Notes under the pieces: model-generated
The model's database searches: none
What the model was told of the DNA's origin: nothing
Seen by the model: the letters and a program-made list of their open reading frames with translations, nothing else
Part shown: in pieces, positions 47,635 to 59,220 of the stretch
Layout of the letters: every line of letters begins with the position of its first letter
How positions within the stretch are numbered: the first letter of the stretch is position 1
DNA from: Methanobacteriota archaeon
Lineage (GTDB): Archaea > Thermoplasmatota > E2 > DHVEG-1
Assembly (NCBI GenBank): GCA_963769885.1
Contig: CAVYNH010000006.1
Location: 256,001-320,000, forward strand
DNA: 64,000 nt
Reading direction: 5' to 3'
Made by a program: the position numbers and the translations under genes

Positions 47635-49595
47635 GCGTTCTTCTCCTGTCCTCCCATGTAGTTGAGGGTGCCTCCGGCGAGGATGATCTTGCGGTCGCGT
47701 TCGGAGAGGTCGAACGCGGCGGTGAACGTCTTGTTCGTGGTGGTGTCGGTAACGGTGACCTTGGTCTTCCCGGAGGCAATCGCGGTCCGTAGTCCTTTGA
47801 TCTCGATGCTGTCTCCTTGGGAGATGAGGTCGTAGTCTTTCTCGTTGGTGAAGGTGAGGGGGACGATGCCGAAGTTGATGAGGTTGGCCTTGTGGATGCG
47901 CTCGAGGCTCTTAGCGAGGATCGCTTTGACGCCCATGTACATGGGGCAGATCGCGGCGTGCTCCCGGCTGCTGCCCTGGCCGTAGGAGAGTCCGGCGACG
48001 ATGATGTTGTGGATGCCGGCGTCCTTGTTCTTCTTGGCACGCTCGTAGAACTTGTTATCGACGTTTTCGAAGAGGAACTCGCTGTATTTGGGGACGTTGC
48101 TGCGGAATTTCATGCGGGCGCCGGCGGGGATGATATGGTCGGTGGTGATGAGGTCTCCGACCTTGATGGTGACCTGGCCGATGATGTTCTCCGGCAGCGG
48201 GGTGTTGCTGGGTGGCTCCCCGATGTTGGGTCCTCTGGCGATGGTGATCGTCTCGCGTTTCTTCGGTGGGGGTGGGAAGATGAACATGCTGTCGTCGATG
48301 TAGAACTTCTTGGGCATGGTGACCTTGGGGTACTTGATGCCCTTACGTTCGAGGGTTCGTGGGTCGGTGATTTCGCCGGTGATGACGGCGGCGGCCGCGG
48401 TTGGGGGGCTGACGAGGTAGACTTGGGCGTCCTTGGTGCCGCTGCGTCCTTCGAAGTTCCGGTTATTGGTGCGTAATGAGATGGCCTTGGTCTTGGGGGA
48501 TTGGCTGTTGCCGATGCAGAAGCCGCAGGTGGGGTCCGTGAGTCGGGCGCCGGCGGAGAGCAGGAGTTCGAGGCCGCCGTCTCGGGTGATGTTCTCGAGG
48601 ACTTCTTTGCTGCCGGGGGCGACGACGAAGCTGACGTTGGGGTGGGCTTTCTTCCCTTTGAGGATCTTGGCGACGGTCATGAGGTCGGTGTAGCTGGAGT
48701 TGGTGCAGCTGCCGATGCAGACCTGGTCGACGGGCACGCCTTTGAGGTCTGTGACTTTCTTGATGTTGCCGGGGCTGTGCGGCGCGGCCGCGAGTGGCTC
48801 AAGTGTACTGAGATCGATGGTGAATTCCTTGTCGTAAACGGCGTCGTCGTCCGCGGCGAGGGGCTTGTAGTCTTGGCCGCGGCCCTGGGCGGTGAGGAAG
48901 GCTTTGGTGACGTCGTCACTGGGGAAGACGCTGGTGGTGACGCCGCATTCGGCGCCCATGTTGGTGATGGTGGCGCGGTCGGGGACACTGAGGGTTTTGA
49001 CGCCGGGGCCCGTGTATTCGAAGACGAAGCCGACATTGCCTTTGGTGGTGAAGTGTTCCAAGACCTTTAGTATGACGTCTTTGGCGCCGACCCAGGGGCG
49101 GAGTTTGCCGGTGAGGGTGATCTTGATGACTTTGGGGTAGGTGAGGTAGAAGGGGCCGCCGGCCATGGCGACGGCGACGTCGAGGCCACCGGCGCCGATA
49201 GCGATCATGCCGAGGCCGCCGCTGGTGGGCGTGTGTGAGTCTGATCCGAGGAGGGTCTTGCCTGGTTTGCCGAAGCGTTCCAAGTGGACTTGATGGCAGA
49301 TGCCGTTGCCGGCGCGGCTGTAGACAATGCCGTAGCGGGCGGCGACGGTCTGGAGGTATTTGTGGTCGTCTGCGTTTTCGAAGCCGATCTGGATAGTATT
49401 GTGGTCGACGTAGCTGACGGAAAGTTCGGTTTTGACGCGGGGGACGTGCATGGCTTCGAATTGAAGGTAGGCCATGGTGCCGGTGGCGTCCTGGGTGAGG
49501 GTCTGGTCGATGCGGATGCCGACGGTGCTGCCTTTCGTCGGGGTGCCTTCGACGATGTGCTTTGTGAGGATTTTTTCGGTGAGTGTCATGCTCAT
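47631..49595 (-). CDS. Aconitate hydratase
   Basis: [45 protein letters not shown]. Confidence 0.93.
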   Translation of the reverse strand: MSMTLTEKILTKHIVEGTPTKGSTVGIRIDQTLTQDATGTMAYLQFEAMHVPRVKTELSVSYVDHNTIQIGFENADDHKYLQTVAARYGIVYSRAGNGICHQVHLERFGKPGKTLLGSDSHTPTSGGLGMIAIGAGGLDVAVAMAGGPFYLTYPKVIKITLTGKLRPWVGAKDVILKVLEHFTTKGNVGFVFEYTGPGVKTLSVPDRATITNMGAECGVTTSVFPSDDVTKAFLTAQGRGQDYKPLAADDDAVYDKEFTIDLSTLEPLAAAPHSPGNIKKVTDLKGVPVDQVCIGSCTNSSYTDLMTVAKILKGKKAHPNVSFVVAPGSKEVLENITRDGGLELLLSAGARLTDPTCGFCIGNSQSPKTKAISLRTNNRNFEGRSGTKDAQVYLVSPPTAAAAVITGEITDPRTLERKGIKYPKVTMPKKFYIDDSMFIFPPPPKKRETITIARGPNIGEPPSNTPLPENIIGQVTIKVGDLITTDHIIPAGARMKFRSNVPKYSEFLFENVDNKFYERAKKNKDAGIHNIIVAGLSYGQGSSREHAAICPMYMGVKAILAKSLERIHKANLINFGIVPLTFTNEKDYDLISQGDSIEIKGLRTAIASGKTKVTVTDTTTNKTFTAAFDLSERDRKIILAGGTLNYMGGQEKNA

Positions 49596-49741
49596 AATGT
49601 TTCTGCGCCTCCGTGTGCCGGTGTGCGTGTGGGTGAACGTTTTGAATCGTCGCGGCTTTAATAAATCTTGCGTTTTTGCTGTTCCCGTTCATGAGTATAT
49701 GGAAAAGATTTTGGCGAAATGAGAGAAAGTTTTATAAATAG

Positions 49742-50914
49742 ATGAGCATTCCACTATTATCTTCGCAGGTAAACTTACTTTGCGAGAAAACGGAGGCATC
49801 GGCGATTCTCGCGGCGGCCCAGAAGCTCTCGCTCACCAGGAACGAGGCCAACGTCCTCTACGGACTCACAAGCTTTCCGACCTACACGGACAGCGCGCTG
49901 GCGGACGCCCTCGGCCTCAAACTCTCGACGCTCACGTCGATCGAGCGGCGCCTCGCCGCGAACCATCTGTTCCGCACCCTCACCGTCCCGCTCGTCAACC
50001 ATCTCGGCTGCGAGCTACTCGCGGTCATCCACACCCAGTTCAACCCCGTGATGCCGCTGGAGCAGCGCATCCAGACCACCAAGCAGAACATCGAGATCTT
50101 CGACGAGCTGTTCTTCTCCGTCGGCGACCAGGAGAAAGGCTTCAGCCTCAGCTTCTCCCAGAACTACACCAACATCGGCCGCATCAACGACATCCGCACC
50201 GAGCTCTTCGGCCGCACCGGCCTCCTCGACAAACAGTACCCCAGCGAGGTCATCTTCCCCTTCCAAACCAGCACCATCCACCGGTTCTTCGACTATGCCC
50301 GACTCCTCCAACAGCTCTTCAGCCTCCCACCCCTCGAAATCCCCAGCAGCCGCCCCTGGTTCAGCGGCACCGAGCCCGCCAACCTGTCCCCCACCGAGCA
50401 ACAAGTCTTCCTCACCCTCGTGCGGTACCCCACCGCCACCACTCAGGACATCGGCACGATGCTCGCCGTCAGCCGCCACACCGTCGCCCGCATGAAGAAC
50501 GACTTCCTCACCAAAGGACTTCTGCGTCCCGTCGTCATCCCTGACCTCCACCGCCTCGGCTTCGAACTCCTCACTTTCACCCACCTTCAATTCAACCCCC
50601 ACAAGGCGCCCACCGACGATGACTTCGCCGCCCTGGATACCCCCGCCACGATCTTTTTAACCAGCCGCAAGTTCGAGGCGGTCAGGCTCGCCGCGTACCC
50701 CACCTACCAGTCCCACCTCGAAGACGATATGCGCCTCCTCCGGCACCTCAAAGAAAACAACCTCCTCGCCAGCCCGCCCCAGACCGGCGCCTACAGCTAC
50801 AACCGCCTCGCCCTCATCAAAGACTTCGATTTCGCCAGCCTCACCAGAAAAATCATCCTTAACACCCCCACCCACCAGAAGGAAAATCACAAAAAGAAGA
50901 CAAAAACTACTTAA
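49742..50914 (+). CDS. Tandem HTH/Lrp-like transcriptional regulator
   Basis: Two HTH units ([16 protein letters not shown]; [18 protein letters not shown]), each followed by P....LG.EL. Confidence 0.75.
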   Translation: MSIPLLSSQVNLLCEKTEASAILAAAQKLSLTRNEANVLYGLTSFPTYTDSALADALGLKLSTLTSIERRLAANHLFRTLTVPLVNHLGCELLAVIHTQFNPVMPLEQRIQTTKQNIEIFDELFFSVGDQEKGFSLSFSQNYTNIGRINDIRTELFGRTGLLDKQYPSEVIFPFQTSTIHRFFDYARLLQQLFSLPPLEIPSSRPWFSGTEPANLSPTEQQVFLTLVRYPTATTQDIGTMLAVSRHTVARMKNDFLTKGLLRPVVIPDLHRLGFELLTFTHLQFNPHKAPTDDDFAALDTPATIFLTSRKFEAVRLAAYPTYQSHLEDDMRLLRHLKENNLLASPPQTGAYSYNRLALIKDFDFASLTRKIILNTPTHQKENHKKKTKTT

Positions 50915-51048
50915 GACACAAACCGATAACCGCCACGACTCCCGACGGGCCAGGGAGAAACAAGGGAGGACAGCCCAACCACCAATCGCTCTTCCCACCA
51001 ACCAACTCAGACTACCCCAACAAACACCGAAAAAGGACGCGATCCCCC

Positions 51049-53004
51049 ATGACCGAAAACATCTCCGTACTCTTGGACGAAAAAAGGGTCTTCAAACCCT
51101 CAAAAGACTTTGTCAACCAGACAAACGTGAAGCAGTGGATGGACAAACACAACATCAAAACCTACGACGACCTCCTCAAAAAGGCAAACGACGACTACCA
51201 ATGGTTCTGGGGCGAAATGGCCAAAGACGTCGTCGAATTCTATACCCCCTACAGAGAAGTCCTCGAATGGAATGAGCCCTTCGCTAAATGGTTCACCGGC
51301 GCCAAATACAACATCGTCCACGACGCCATCGACAAACACGTCACCACCTGGCGCAAAAACAAGGTCGCCATCATCTTCGAAGGCGAACCCGGCGACGTCC
51401 GCAAACTCACCTACAACGACCTCGCCATGGAAGTCAACAAACTCGCCAACGCAATAAAGGAACTCGGCATCAAGAAAGGCGACCGCGTCGGCATCTATCT
51501 CCCCATGATCCCCGAGCTGCCCATCGCCATGCTCGCCTGCGCCAAACTCGGCGCCGTCCACAGCGTCGTCTTCTCCGGATTCAGCGCGACCGCCTTCCGC
51601 GACCGCGCCAACGACTGCGAAGCCAAACTCGTCATCACCTGCGACAGCTTCTACCGAAGAGGCAAAAAAGTCCCCCTCAAGACCCAGGCCGACGACGCCT
51701 GCAAAGAAGCACCCAGCGTCAAACACATGATCGTCTACCAACGCACCGGCGACCAAGTCAGCTGGACAGCCGGCCGCGACCACTGGTGGCACGAGATCAC
51801 CAAAGGCAAATCCACCCAATGCCCCACCGAGCAGCTCGACGCCAACGACAACCTCTACTTCCTCTACACCTCTGGCACCACCGGCAAGCCCAAGGGCATC
51901 ATCCACGCCCACGCCGGCTACGCCGTCAGCATCGCCCAGACCCTCAAATGGGTCTTCGACATCAAGGACCAGGACGTCTACTGGTGCGCCGCCGACATCG
52001 GCTGGGTCACCGGGCACTCCTACATCGCCTACGCCCCCCTCATCCTCGGCGCCACCCAGATCATCTACGAAGGCGCCCCTGACTGGCCCCAGCCCGACCG
52101 CTGGTGGGATATCATCGAAAAATACGGCGTCAGCGTCTTCTACACCTCCCCGACCTCCATCCGCTTGTTCATGCGGTTCGGCGAGGACTTCGTCAAGAAA
52201 CACAACCTCTCCAGCCTCCGCCTGCTGGGGTCCGTCGGCGAGCCCATCAACCCCGAAGCCTGGATCTGGTACTATAAAAACATCGGCGGCGAACGCTGCC
52301 AAATCATGGACACCTGGTGGCAGACCGAGACCGGCCACTTCGTCATCTCACCGCTCCCCATCACCCCCATCAAACCCGGCAGCGCCACCAAGCCCCTGCC
52401 CGGCATGGCCGCAGCGGTCTACGACGACAAAGGCCAGCCCGTCAAAGACGGCGGCGGCAGCCTCGTCCTCCTCCACCCCTGGCCCGGCATGCTCAGAGGC
52501 ATCTACAAGAACCCGGAGCGCTATAAAGAGACCTACTGGACCAAGTACCCAGGCGTCTACCTCGCCGGCGACGTCGCACGCGTCGACAGCGACGGCTACT
52601 TCTGGATCCAAGGCAGAGCCGACGACGTCCTCAAGATCAGCGGACACCGCATCGGCAACAGCGAGGTCGAATCCGCCCTCGTCTCTCACCCGCTCGTGGC
52701 TGAGGCCGCCGTCATCGGCAAGCCCCACGAGGAAAAAGGCGAGTCCATCACCAGCTTCGTCGTCCTCAAGAAAGGCGTCGACCCCTCCGAGGCCCTTAAA
52801 AAAGAACTCCGAGAGCACGTCGCCAGAGAGATGGGCAAGCTCGCACGGCCCGACGAGATCTGGTTCGTCACCGACGTGCCCAAGACCCGCAGCGGCAAGA
52901 TCATGCGCCGCGTCATCCGCGCCAAAGCACTCGGCCAGGAAGTCGGCGACACCTCCACCCTCGCCAACCCCGAGTCCGTCGACGAAATCGGGAAGGCAAA
53001 ATAA
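51049..53004 (+). CDS. acs: AMP-forming acetyl-CoA synthetase
   Basis: [45 protein letters not shown]. Confidence 0.97.
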   Translation: MTENISVLLDEKRVFKPSKDFVNQTNVKQWMDKHNIKTYDDLLKKANDDYQWFWGEMAKDVVEFYTPYREVLEWNEPFAKWFTGAKYNIVHDAIDKHVTTWRKNKVAIIFEGEPGDVRKLTYNDLAMEVNKLANAIKELGIKKGDRVGIYLPMIPELPIAMLACAKLGAVHSVVFSGFSATAFRDRANDCEAKLVITCDSFYRRGKKVPLKTQADDACKEAPSVKHMIVYQRTGDQVSWTAGRDHWWHEITKGKSTQCPTEQLDANDNLYFLYTSGTTGKPKGIIHAHAGYAVSIAQTLKWVFDIKDQDVYWCAADIGWVTGHSYIAYAPLILGATQIIYEGAPDWPQPDRWWDIIEKYGVSVFYTSPTSIRLFMRFGEDFVKKHNLSSLRLLGSVGEPINPEAWIWYYKNIGGERCQIMDTWWQTETGHFVISPLPITPIKPGSATKPLPGMAAAVYDDKGQPVKDGGGSLVLLHPWPGMLRGIYKNPERYKETYWTKYPGVYLAGDVARVDSDGYFWIQGRADDVLKISGHRIGNSEVESALVSHPLVAEAAVIGKPHEEKGESITSFVVLKKGVDPSEALKKELREHVAREMGKLARPDEIWFVTDVPKTRSGKIMRRVIRAKALGQEVGDTSTLANPESVDEIGKAK

Positions 53005-53138
53005 CCCCTGCCCCCTCTCTTCCTTTTTCTTTCTATCTTTTTCTTCCTTCACTCCCACTCGCATACGGTGAGAAACCAACTTCTTGCCATCCATGAAAAG
53101 CCTTTATCCCCCACCACACGATACCAGGAAGACCACCC

Positions 53139-53994
53139 ATGGACGACCACCACATCGTCACCGGCATCATCGAACTCATCCGCACCGCCGAAACCACCCT
53201 CCCCACCGACGTCATCACCGCCCTGCAAAAAGTACAGCACCACGAAACCGGCATCGCCAAACTCCAACTCACCACCATCCTCGAGAACATTCACCTCGCC
53301 AAAGAAACCAACCGCCCCCTCTGCCAAGACACCGGCATCCAAACCTTCTTCATCGACGTCGGCGCCGACTTCCCCCACATCAACAAAATCCACACCTGGA
53401 TTCACCACGCCGTCACCCAAGCCATCACCGCCGTCCCCCTCCGACCCAACGCCGTCGACCCACTCACACGGAAAAACGGCGACGACGCGATACCATACCC
53501 CGTCTTGTACCTGGAATCTCGTTTCTGGCGACACCCTCCGCATCCACGCTCTCCCCAAAGGCAGCGGCAGTGAAAACACCAGCCGCCTCGCCATGCTCAC
53601 CCCCAGCGACGGCATCGGCGGCATCACAAAAACCGTCCTCGATACCGTCACCCGCGCCGCCGGACGGCCCTGTCCACCCACCGTCGTGGGCGTCGGCATC
53701 GGCGGCGACGCCGCCACCGCCCTCAAATTAGGCAAGACCGCGCTCCTCCGCCCCGTCGGCAGCCGACACTCGGACCCAGCAATCGCCCGCCTCGAACACG
53801 ACCTGATCAGCGAATGCAACAAGACCGGCATCGGCCCCATGGGCCTCGGGGGAAAGACCACGGTCCTCGACGTCCACATCCAGACCATGCCCTGCCACCC
53901 CGCTGGGCTGCCCGTCGGCGTCGCCATGCAATGTTGGGCGGACCGCCGGGCACAGCTTACCGTTCAAGCGGACGGCACCTGGGAGGTCCGCTGA
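53139..53994 (+). pseudogene. Fe-S fumarate/tartrate hydratase alpha subunit, frameshifted near 53505
   Basis: PLCQDTG and LRPNAV are in one frame; PKGSGSEN, PCPP, GIGPMGLGG, CHPA and QCWA are in the next frame. Confidence 0.8.
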
Positions 53995-53996
53995 GC

Positions 53997-54548
53997 ATGC
54001 CGGAATACCATTGTACCGCCCCGGTTCCCCTCGATCAGATTCGCAATTTCAAAGCAGGCGACATCCTGTACCTGACCGGACGAATTTTCACGGCCCGGGA
54101 CAAAGCCCACGAACGACTTAGATCGCTGCCAGCAGCTAACGTCCCCAAAGAACTGAAAGGCTTCCCGCTCTACCATTGCGGGCCCCTGGCCCGCCAAGAG
54201 GATGGGAGATGGGTCGTGTTGTCTGCGGGACCGACCACGAGCCGGCGGATGGAGTCCTCGGAAGTCGAGGTTATGGAGAAGCTCGGAGTCTCGATGGTGA
54301 TCGGCAAGGGCGGGATGGGGTCGGCAACTGCGGTTGCCCTTCAACGACTCCCCGGGGTGTACTTGGCGTACACCGGCGGCGCGGGCGTCCTTGCCGCCCA
54401 GCAGATTACCAAGGTCCTTGACGTCCTCTGGCTCGATGACCTCGGGATGACGGATGCAATCTGGCTGTTGGAGGTCCGGGAGTTCGGCCCGCTCGTTGTC
54501 GCGATGGATGCACATGGCGCCTCCTTATACCCAAGAGAGACGGCGTAA
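53997..54548 (+). CDS. Fe-S fumarate/tartrate hydratase beta subunit
   Basis: TARDKAH, YHCGP, AGPTTSRRM, IGKGGM, FGPLVVAMDAHG. Confidence 0.92.
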   Translation: MPEYHCTAPVPLDQIRNFKAGDILYLTGRIFTARDKAHERLRSLPAANVPKELKGFPLYHCGPLARQEDGRWVVLSAGPTTSRRMESSEVEVMEKLGVSMVIGKGGMGSATAVALQRLPGVYLAYTGGAGVLAAQQITKVLDVLWLDDLGMTDAIWLLEVREFGPLVVAMDAHGASLYPRETA

Positions 54549-54801
54549 TTCCTAAGGGGCGTCCCGTATGTCTCAGAGTATGGGAAGCGTCGAGATGACG
54601 TGGTGGGGATGGTGCATGTGAAGGATCTGATTGAGGAGACGTTTGGGGAGAACACGGATGAGCATGATTGGGTGAGGGGGGTCGTGCTCGGGGGACGTAT
54701 GAGGGGATATGGGAGGGTGGGAAAAGTTGGCGGGGTGGCATTTGGTCGCGCTAGGTATTTAAGGAGGGAGTGTCAAAGTATATCATGGTGAGTTGAGAGC
54801 C

Positions 54802-54900
54802 ATGATTGAGATCATCATCGTTGGGGCTGCGGCCGCCGCGGGTGTGACGCTGCCGATCATCAACCCTGTGATCAACCCGGGGATTAACCCGAACCCCTAG
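54802..54900 (+). CDS. 32-aa peptide MIEIIIVGAAAAAGVTLPIINPVINPGINPNP (candidate RiPP precursor)
   Basis: TATTTAAG at 54756-54763, GGTGA SD at 54787-54791, ATG...TAG, T-tract at about 54945-54961. Confidence 0.6.
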   Translation: MIEIIIVGAAAAAGVTLPIINPVINPGINPNP

Positions 54901-54967
54901 CTGACTCACTCGTTGTTTCTTCCGTAGTCGTCTGGGGCTGGGGGTTTCTTTTCTTTTTTTTGTGGGT

Positions 54968-55948
54968 TTAGAAGAGTTTTGGGAGCCAGCGTTCGAGGTA
55001 GCTGTTTTCGGTGATCCAGAAGCTTTGTTTTTTGATGGCGTTGGGGAAGGTGCGGTCGATGTCCTCGAGGATGGTGCTGAGTTCGTTGACGTCTTTGACG
55101 ATGAACTCGGGTTCGATGTCGGCCCAACCGACGGAGACGTTGATGCAGTCCATGTAGGGTTTTGATTCAAGGTAGGTGATGATGGCTTTGCGGCTGTTGT
55201 GTTCTTTGAGGTGGATGTCGATTTTGAAGTGCTGCAGGCCGAGTTTGGCGAGGTCGATGTTGGTGCGGAAGCCTTGGATGACGCCTTTTTTGGTGAGGTT
55301 CTGCAGGCGGTAGTTGACGGATTGGGAGGAGCAGCCGAGCTTGGTGGCGAGGTCGATGACGGGGGCGCGGCCGTTGATGGCGAGCTCGTTGAGCAGGTGG
55401 TAGTCGGTCTCGTCGATGTCGGCGCCGGTGCCGCCGCAGGTGGAGGTGTACAGTTTCCGGTCTGAGTGGTCTGGGGCGGTGCCGAGGAGGTAGGAGCGTT
55501 TGTAGGAGTAGGCCTGGATGTAGATGCTGACGATGGCCCGGGAGAAGTAGTCCTCGTAGAGGTCCAGGGTCTTGTCCCAGAACCGGTAGAACTCGTAGAG
55601 GTCTTTGACCCAGACGATGACGGCCAGGTCGACCTCGCCGCGGTGGGATTTGACGGCCCAGGTGCTGTTGTAGTCGACGAAGTGCTTGATGATCTGGTTC
55701 TTCTTCTCGGTGCTGACGTATTGGAAGGTAATGTAGATGCGGAAGACGTTGTAGCCGAGCTTGAAGGTGTTGATTTCCGCGAGGAAGTTGCGGATGATGC
55801 CCTCGTCGCGCATCCGCTGGACGCGGTAGGAGACGACGTCTTTCTTCAACCCGACCTTCTTGCCGATTTGGGTGAACGACTGCCGTGAGTCGAGGTCGAG
55901 CTCGTAGAGAATCTTGCGGTCTTTGAGATCAAGCGGTGACTGCGTCAC
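54968..55948 (-). CDS. Tandem Lrp/AsnC family regulator
   Basis: LDLKDRKILYELDLDSRQS...VSYRVQRM and IDETDYHLLNELAINGRAP...VNYRLQNL. Confidence 0.9.
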   Translation of the reverse strand: MTQSPLDLKDRKILYELDLDSRQSFTQIGKKVGLKKDVVSYRVQRMRDEGIIRNFLAEINTFKLGYNVFRIYITFQYVSTEKKNQIIKHFVDYNSTWAVKSHRGEVDLAVIVWVKDLYEFYRFWDKTLDLYEDYFSRAIVSIYIQAYSYKRSYLLGTAPDHSDRKLYTSTCGGTGADIDETDYHLLNELAINGRAPVIDLATKLGCSSQSVNYRLQNLTKKGVIQGFRTNIDLAKLGLQHFKIDIHLKEHNSRKAIITYLESKPYMDCINVSVGWADIEPEFIVKDVNELSTILEDIDRTFPNAIKKQSFWITENSYLERWLPKLF

Positions 55949-56090
55949 GTCCCCGTCAGGCCCCCAGGGAGATTTTCAACGAACGTGGAACGACCAGCGG
56001 GTATTTTAGAATTTTGAGGCAAAAACCGGGATACGGCATTTATGTACCATAATCAGGCTCTATCCACCAAGCACAGGAAGCTTGAGAGCC

Positions 56091-56303
56091 ATGCTCACTC
56101 CGACCACCAGACAAGAGACGAACACGATCGTGTACCACGCCGCCGTGACCTACACCGACGGGACCTCCGAGGTCTTCGACGCAATCCAGGTCACCGACCG
56201 CGGCCTCATCATCAGCCGCCTTCCGCCAGGCGACGGCGGGGAGCTCATCACCTTCGGCTTCATCCCCCGCCTCAGCGTCAAACACGTCGTCACCCTCCCC
56301 TAA
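56091..56303 (+). CDS. Small beta-rich hypothetical protein
   Basis: 70-aa ORF directly upstream of, and co-oriented with, the rSAM gene. Confidence 0.6.
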   Translation: MLTPTTRQETNTIVYHAAVTYTDGTSEVFDAIQVTDRGLIISRLPPGDGGELITFGFIPRLSVKHVVTLP

Positions 56304-56360
56304 CCCCAGACAAGGTTAACTTTAAAACCCAGCACCAGATTTGATTCCCCCAAGGATCGG

Positions 56361-58265
56361 ATGCCAACTACACCAAAATCAGTGCTTCTCGTGGCCATGC
56401 CCTATGCCGGCATCATGATCCCCTCGATCCAGCTCGCCACCCTCCAAGCCTACCTCCAGGCCCACGACATCCCCGCCCAGACCCGCCACCTCTACCTCAC
56501 CGCCGCCGACACCTACGGCCTCACCGCCTACCACGCCCTCATCTACCCCCCCAGCGACTCCTACACCGCCCAGCTCGCCTACACCCGCTACCTCTTCCCC
56601 GACCACTGGCACCACCACCACGAGAAAATCAAGGACCACTACGACGCCACCATCAACAAACACCACACCGCCCCCACATTCGACGACTACCTCCACCACA
56701 CAGACGACTTCTACCACCACGCCCTCGACCACCTCGACTGGCACCATTTCGACCTCATCGGCTTCACCCTCAACTACGGCCAACTCCTCCCCTCTCTCGC
56801 CATCGCACAGCATATCAAAACCCAAGACCCCACCAAAACCATCATCATGGGAGGAAGCCGCACCACCGGCGACCTCGGCACCGCCGCCCTCACCGCCTTC
56901 CCCCAAATCGACTACATCGTCTCCGGCGACGGCGAAGAACCACTCCGCCTCCTCGCCACCGACCACGACCCCACCACCATCCCCGGACTCATCCACAGAA
57001 AAGACGGCAAACCCCACTGGAACACGACCAGATCAGACCTCGACCTTGCAGACTTTCCCATCCCCACCCACGACGACTTCTTCACCCACCTCCGCCACTG
57101 CGGTAGCGAACTCCAGCAGTTCTTCCACTACTCCGGCCGCCTCCCCGTCGAAATCTCCCGCGGCTGCTGGTGGAACCACTGTACCTTCTGCAACCTCAAC
57201 CTCCAACACCCCCGCTACCGCGAAAAACCCATCCCCACCATCATCACCGAGATCCAGACCCTCGCCGATCGCCACCACCTCCTCGACTTCCACCTCATCG
57301 GCAACACCCTCCCCAAAACCCAATCAAGAGAATTCTTCACCCGCCTCCGCGACCTCGGACGCGACTACACCTTCTTCGCCGAAGCCCGTGCCGGACACCT
57401 CACCAGCGACGACTACCGCCTCATGAGAGACGCAGGATTCGCTACCATTCAAACCGGCATCGAATCCTTCAGCCACCACTACCTCCGTACTATGAACAAA
57501 GGCACCCGCGTCATCGACAACATCGCCGCCCTCAAACACAGCACCCAACACGGCATCCACAACACCTACAACCTCCTCACCAACTACCCCAACGAGACAC
57601 CCACCGACTACCAAGAAACCAAAGACGTCGCCGCCCTCCTCAAGGCCTACCTCGACCCCCCACAACCCTGCCCCCTCCAACTCATGCACGGCAGCCCCAT
57701 CCACCGCAATCCCCGCCGCTACAACATCCAACGCCTCCAGCCCACCACCCTCGACCGCCTTATGTACCCACCCGGCATCCTCGCCACCGCCATCTCCTTC
57801 TTCTACGACTACACCACCGCCACACCCACACCAACCCACGACTGGGGCGCCCTCATCACCGACTGGAAACACACCCGCGACGCCGCCCAGACCCGCGCCC
57901 TCGCCACCCGCGCCGCCACCGACCGACTGGTCTTCTACAGCGTCGACGGCGGAAGCTTCATGAAAGTCTACGACCGCCGCGACCCCAGCCACATCCGCAT
58001 CCTCGACCTCAACCGCCTCGAACGAGACATCCTCCTCGCCTGCACCGACATCACCACCTACCCCCAACTCCAACGACGGTTCCCGGACATCCCCGACTTC
58101 AAACTCGCCGCCGTCCTCCAATCCTTCGAACACGCCGGCATCGTCTACCGCGAAGACGACGCCTACCTCAGCCTCCCACTTCGACTCACCACTCCGGAGA
58201 TTCGATCAAGGACAGAACAGCCAGATTCTACCCCTAACCCTGTTCCCATAAGCATCAGCCACTGA
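56361..58265 (+). CDS. B12-dependent radical SAM protein, RiPP-maturation C-methyltransferase type (TIGR03975-like)
   Basis: VLLVAMPY...PSIQLATL, B12 domain (IIMGG, VSGDGE), EISRGCWWNHCTFC, QTGIES, YNLL. Confidence 0.85.
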   Translation: MPTTPKSVLLVAMPYAGIMIPSIQLATLQAYLQAHDIPAQTRHLYLTAADTYGLTAYHALIYPPSDSYTAQLAYTRYLFPDHWHHHHEKIKDHYDATINKHHTAPTFDDYLHHTDDFYHHALDHLDWHHFDLIGFTLNYGQLLPSLAIAQHIKTQDPTKTIIMGGSRTTGDLGTAALTAFPQIDYIVSGDGEEPLRLLATDHDPTTIPGLIHRKDGKPHWNTTRSDLDLADFPIPTHDDFFTHLRHCGSELQQFFHYSGRLPVEISRGCWWNHCTFCNLNLQHPRYREKPIPTIITEIQTLADRHHLLDFHLIGNTLPKTQSREFFTRLRDLGRDYTFFAEARAGHLTSDDYRLMRDAGFATIQTGIESFSHHYLRTMNKGTRVIDNIAALKHSTQHGIHNTYNLLTNYPNETPTDYQETKDVAALLKAYLDPPQPCPLQLMHGSPIHRNPRRYNIQRLQPTTLDRLMYPPGILATAISFFYDYTTATPTPTHDWGALITDWKHTRDAAQTRALATRAATDRLVFYSVDGGSFMKVYDRRDPSHIRILDLNRLERDILLACTDITTYPQLQRRFPDIPDFKLAAVLQSFEHAGIVYREDDAYLSLPLRLTTPEIRSRTEQPDSTPNPVPISISH

Positions 58266-58504
58266 CAAAAAACCTCCCTCTCCTGAAAGCCCCCCTTTTT
58301 TCAGCCGTTTCCGACAAACCTCCACAAACACCCCCCTTTTCAGAATTTTAACGGATTTTCTCGGAGACGGGCTTTATGTTTCCACCCCTCGTTGTTGGGA
58401 CTGAGGGAAAAAATGACGTCTCAGGACCGCCTCCCCAAAAACGTCCCCGCAATTCCGGCTTTTCAGGCGGATCCTGAGACAATCTCAGGGAGGGATGAAT
58501 AACC

Positions 58505-59098
58505 ATGGAATACTTCTTTATCCTATCGTTTTTAGTCCTGGGCGCCGGAATCAAGTTCATCGATGCCGCTTACGACGAACACGCCTTCAGCAAACGCTTC
58601 GCACTCCTCGCCGCGCCACTCCTCGGCATCCTCTGGGCCTACACCATGTACATCGACGCGGCCTCAGCCACGATCCTCTGCGCCATCCTCGCCGGCGTCC
58701 TTCTCAAAGGAAAAATCGACAACTGGGCACACCTCGCGGGCCTGGGAGTGATCGGCGGAGTATTACTCGTGTCTGGGGTAAAACTCCTCATCCTCCCCCT
58801 CATAATACTCGCCGCCGCCGCCCTCATCGACGAAATCGGCAACGACGCCATCGACAAACGCCGCAGCCGCCTCCAACACAAGGGAACAGCCGGCACCGCC
58901 CTCCTCCTCTTCTTCGACCACCGCTGGACCCTCAAAGTCGCAATCCTCGGCCTGGCCACCATCAGCATGATCCCCCTGCTGTTCTTCTTCGCGATGCTCT
59001 GCTTCGACTATGCGTACCTCGGGATGCGCCACTACAGCGAATTCCGCCTCAGCCGACTCCCCAGCCACGCCACCACCCCGGGATCAACCGTGGCCTAA
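58505..59098 (+). CDS. Multi-TM protein with Asp-rich motifs (paralog 1)
   Basis: GAGIKFIDAAYDE, KGKIDNWAH, LIDEIGND. Confidence 0.8.
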   Translation: MEYFFILSFLVLGAGIKFIDAAYDEHAFSKRFALLAAPLLGILWAYTMYIDAASATILCAILAGVLLKGKIDNWAHLAGLGVIGGVLLVSGVKLLILPLIILAAAALIDEIGNDAIDKRRSRLQHKGTAGTALLLFFDHRWTLKVAILGLATISMIPLLFFFAMLCFDYAYLGMRHYSEFRLSRLPSHATTPGSTVA

Positions 59099-59220
59099 GC
59101 GCCATCAATGCGTACACACCTGCGTATCCATCTGGTACAAACCTAGATAAAAACCACGTAAAATAGAACAAGCCGCGGAAACGGGACGCAAAGGAAAAGG
59201 AGAGGAAACAACTGGACCTG

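Noticed and set aside
43262-49595. Proof of autotrophic rTCA carbon fixation
   Set aside because: KOR, POR and fumarate reductase are not in the window, and reaction direction cannot be read from sequence.
160-58237. Many long Pro/Ser/Thr-, His/Arg- or Gly/Val/Asp-rich ORFs in alternative frames or on the opposite strand (e.g. 160..873, 4368..5615, 23519..24802, 41068..42294, 51100..52338)
   Set aside because: Shadow ORFs overlapping well-supported genes; the strong strand skew depletes stop codons in those frames.
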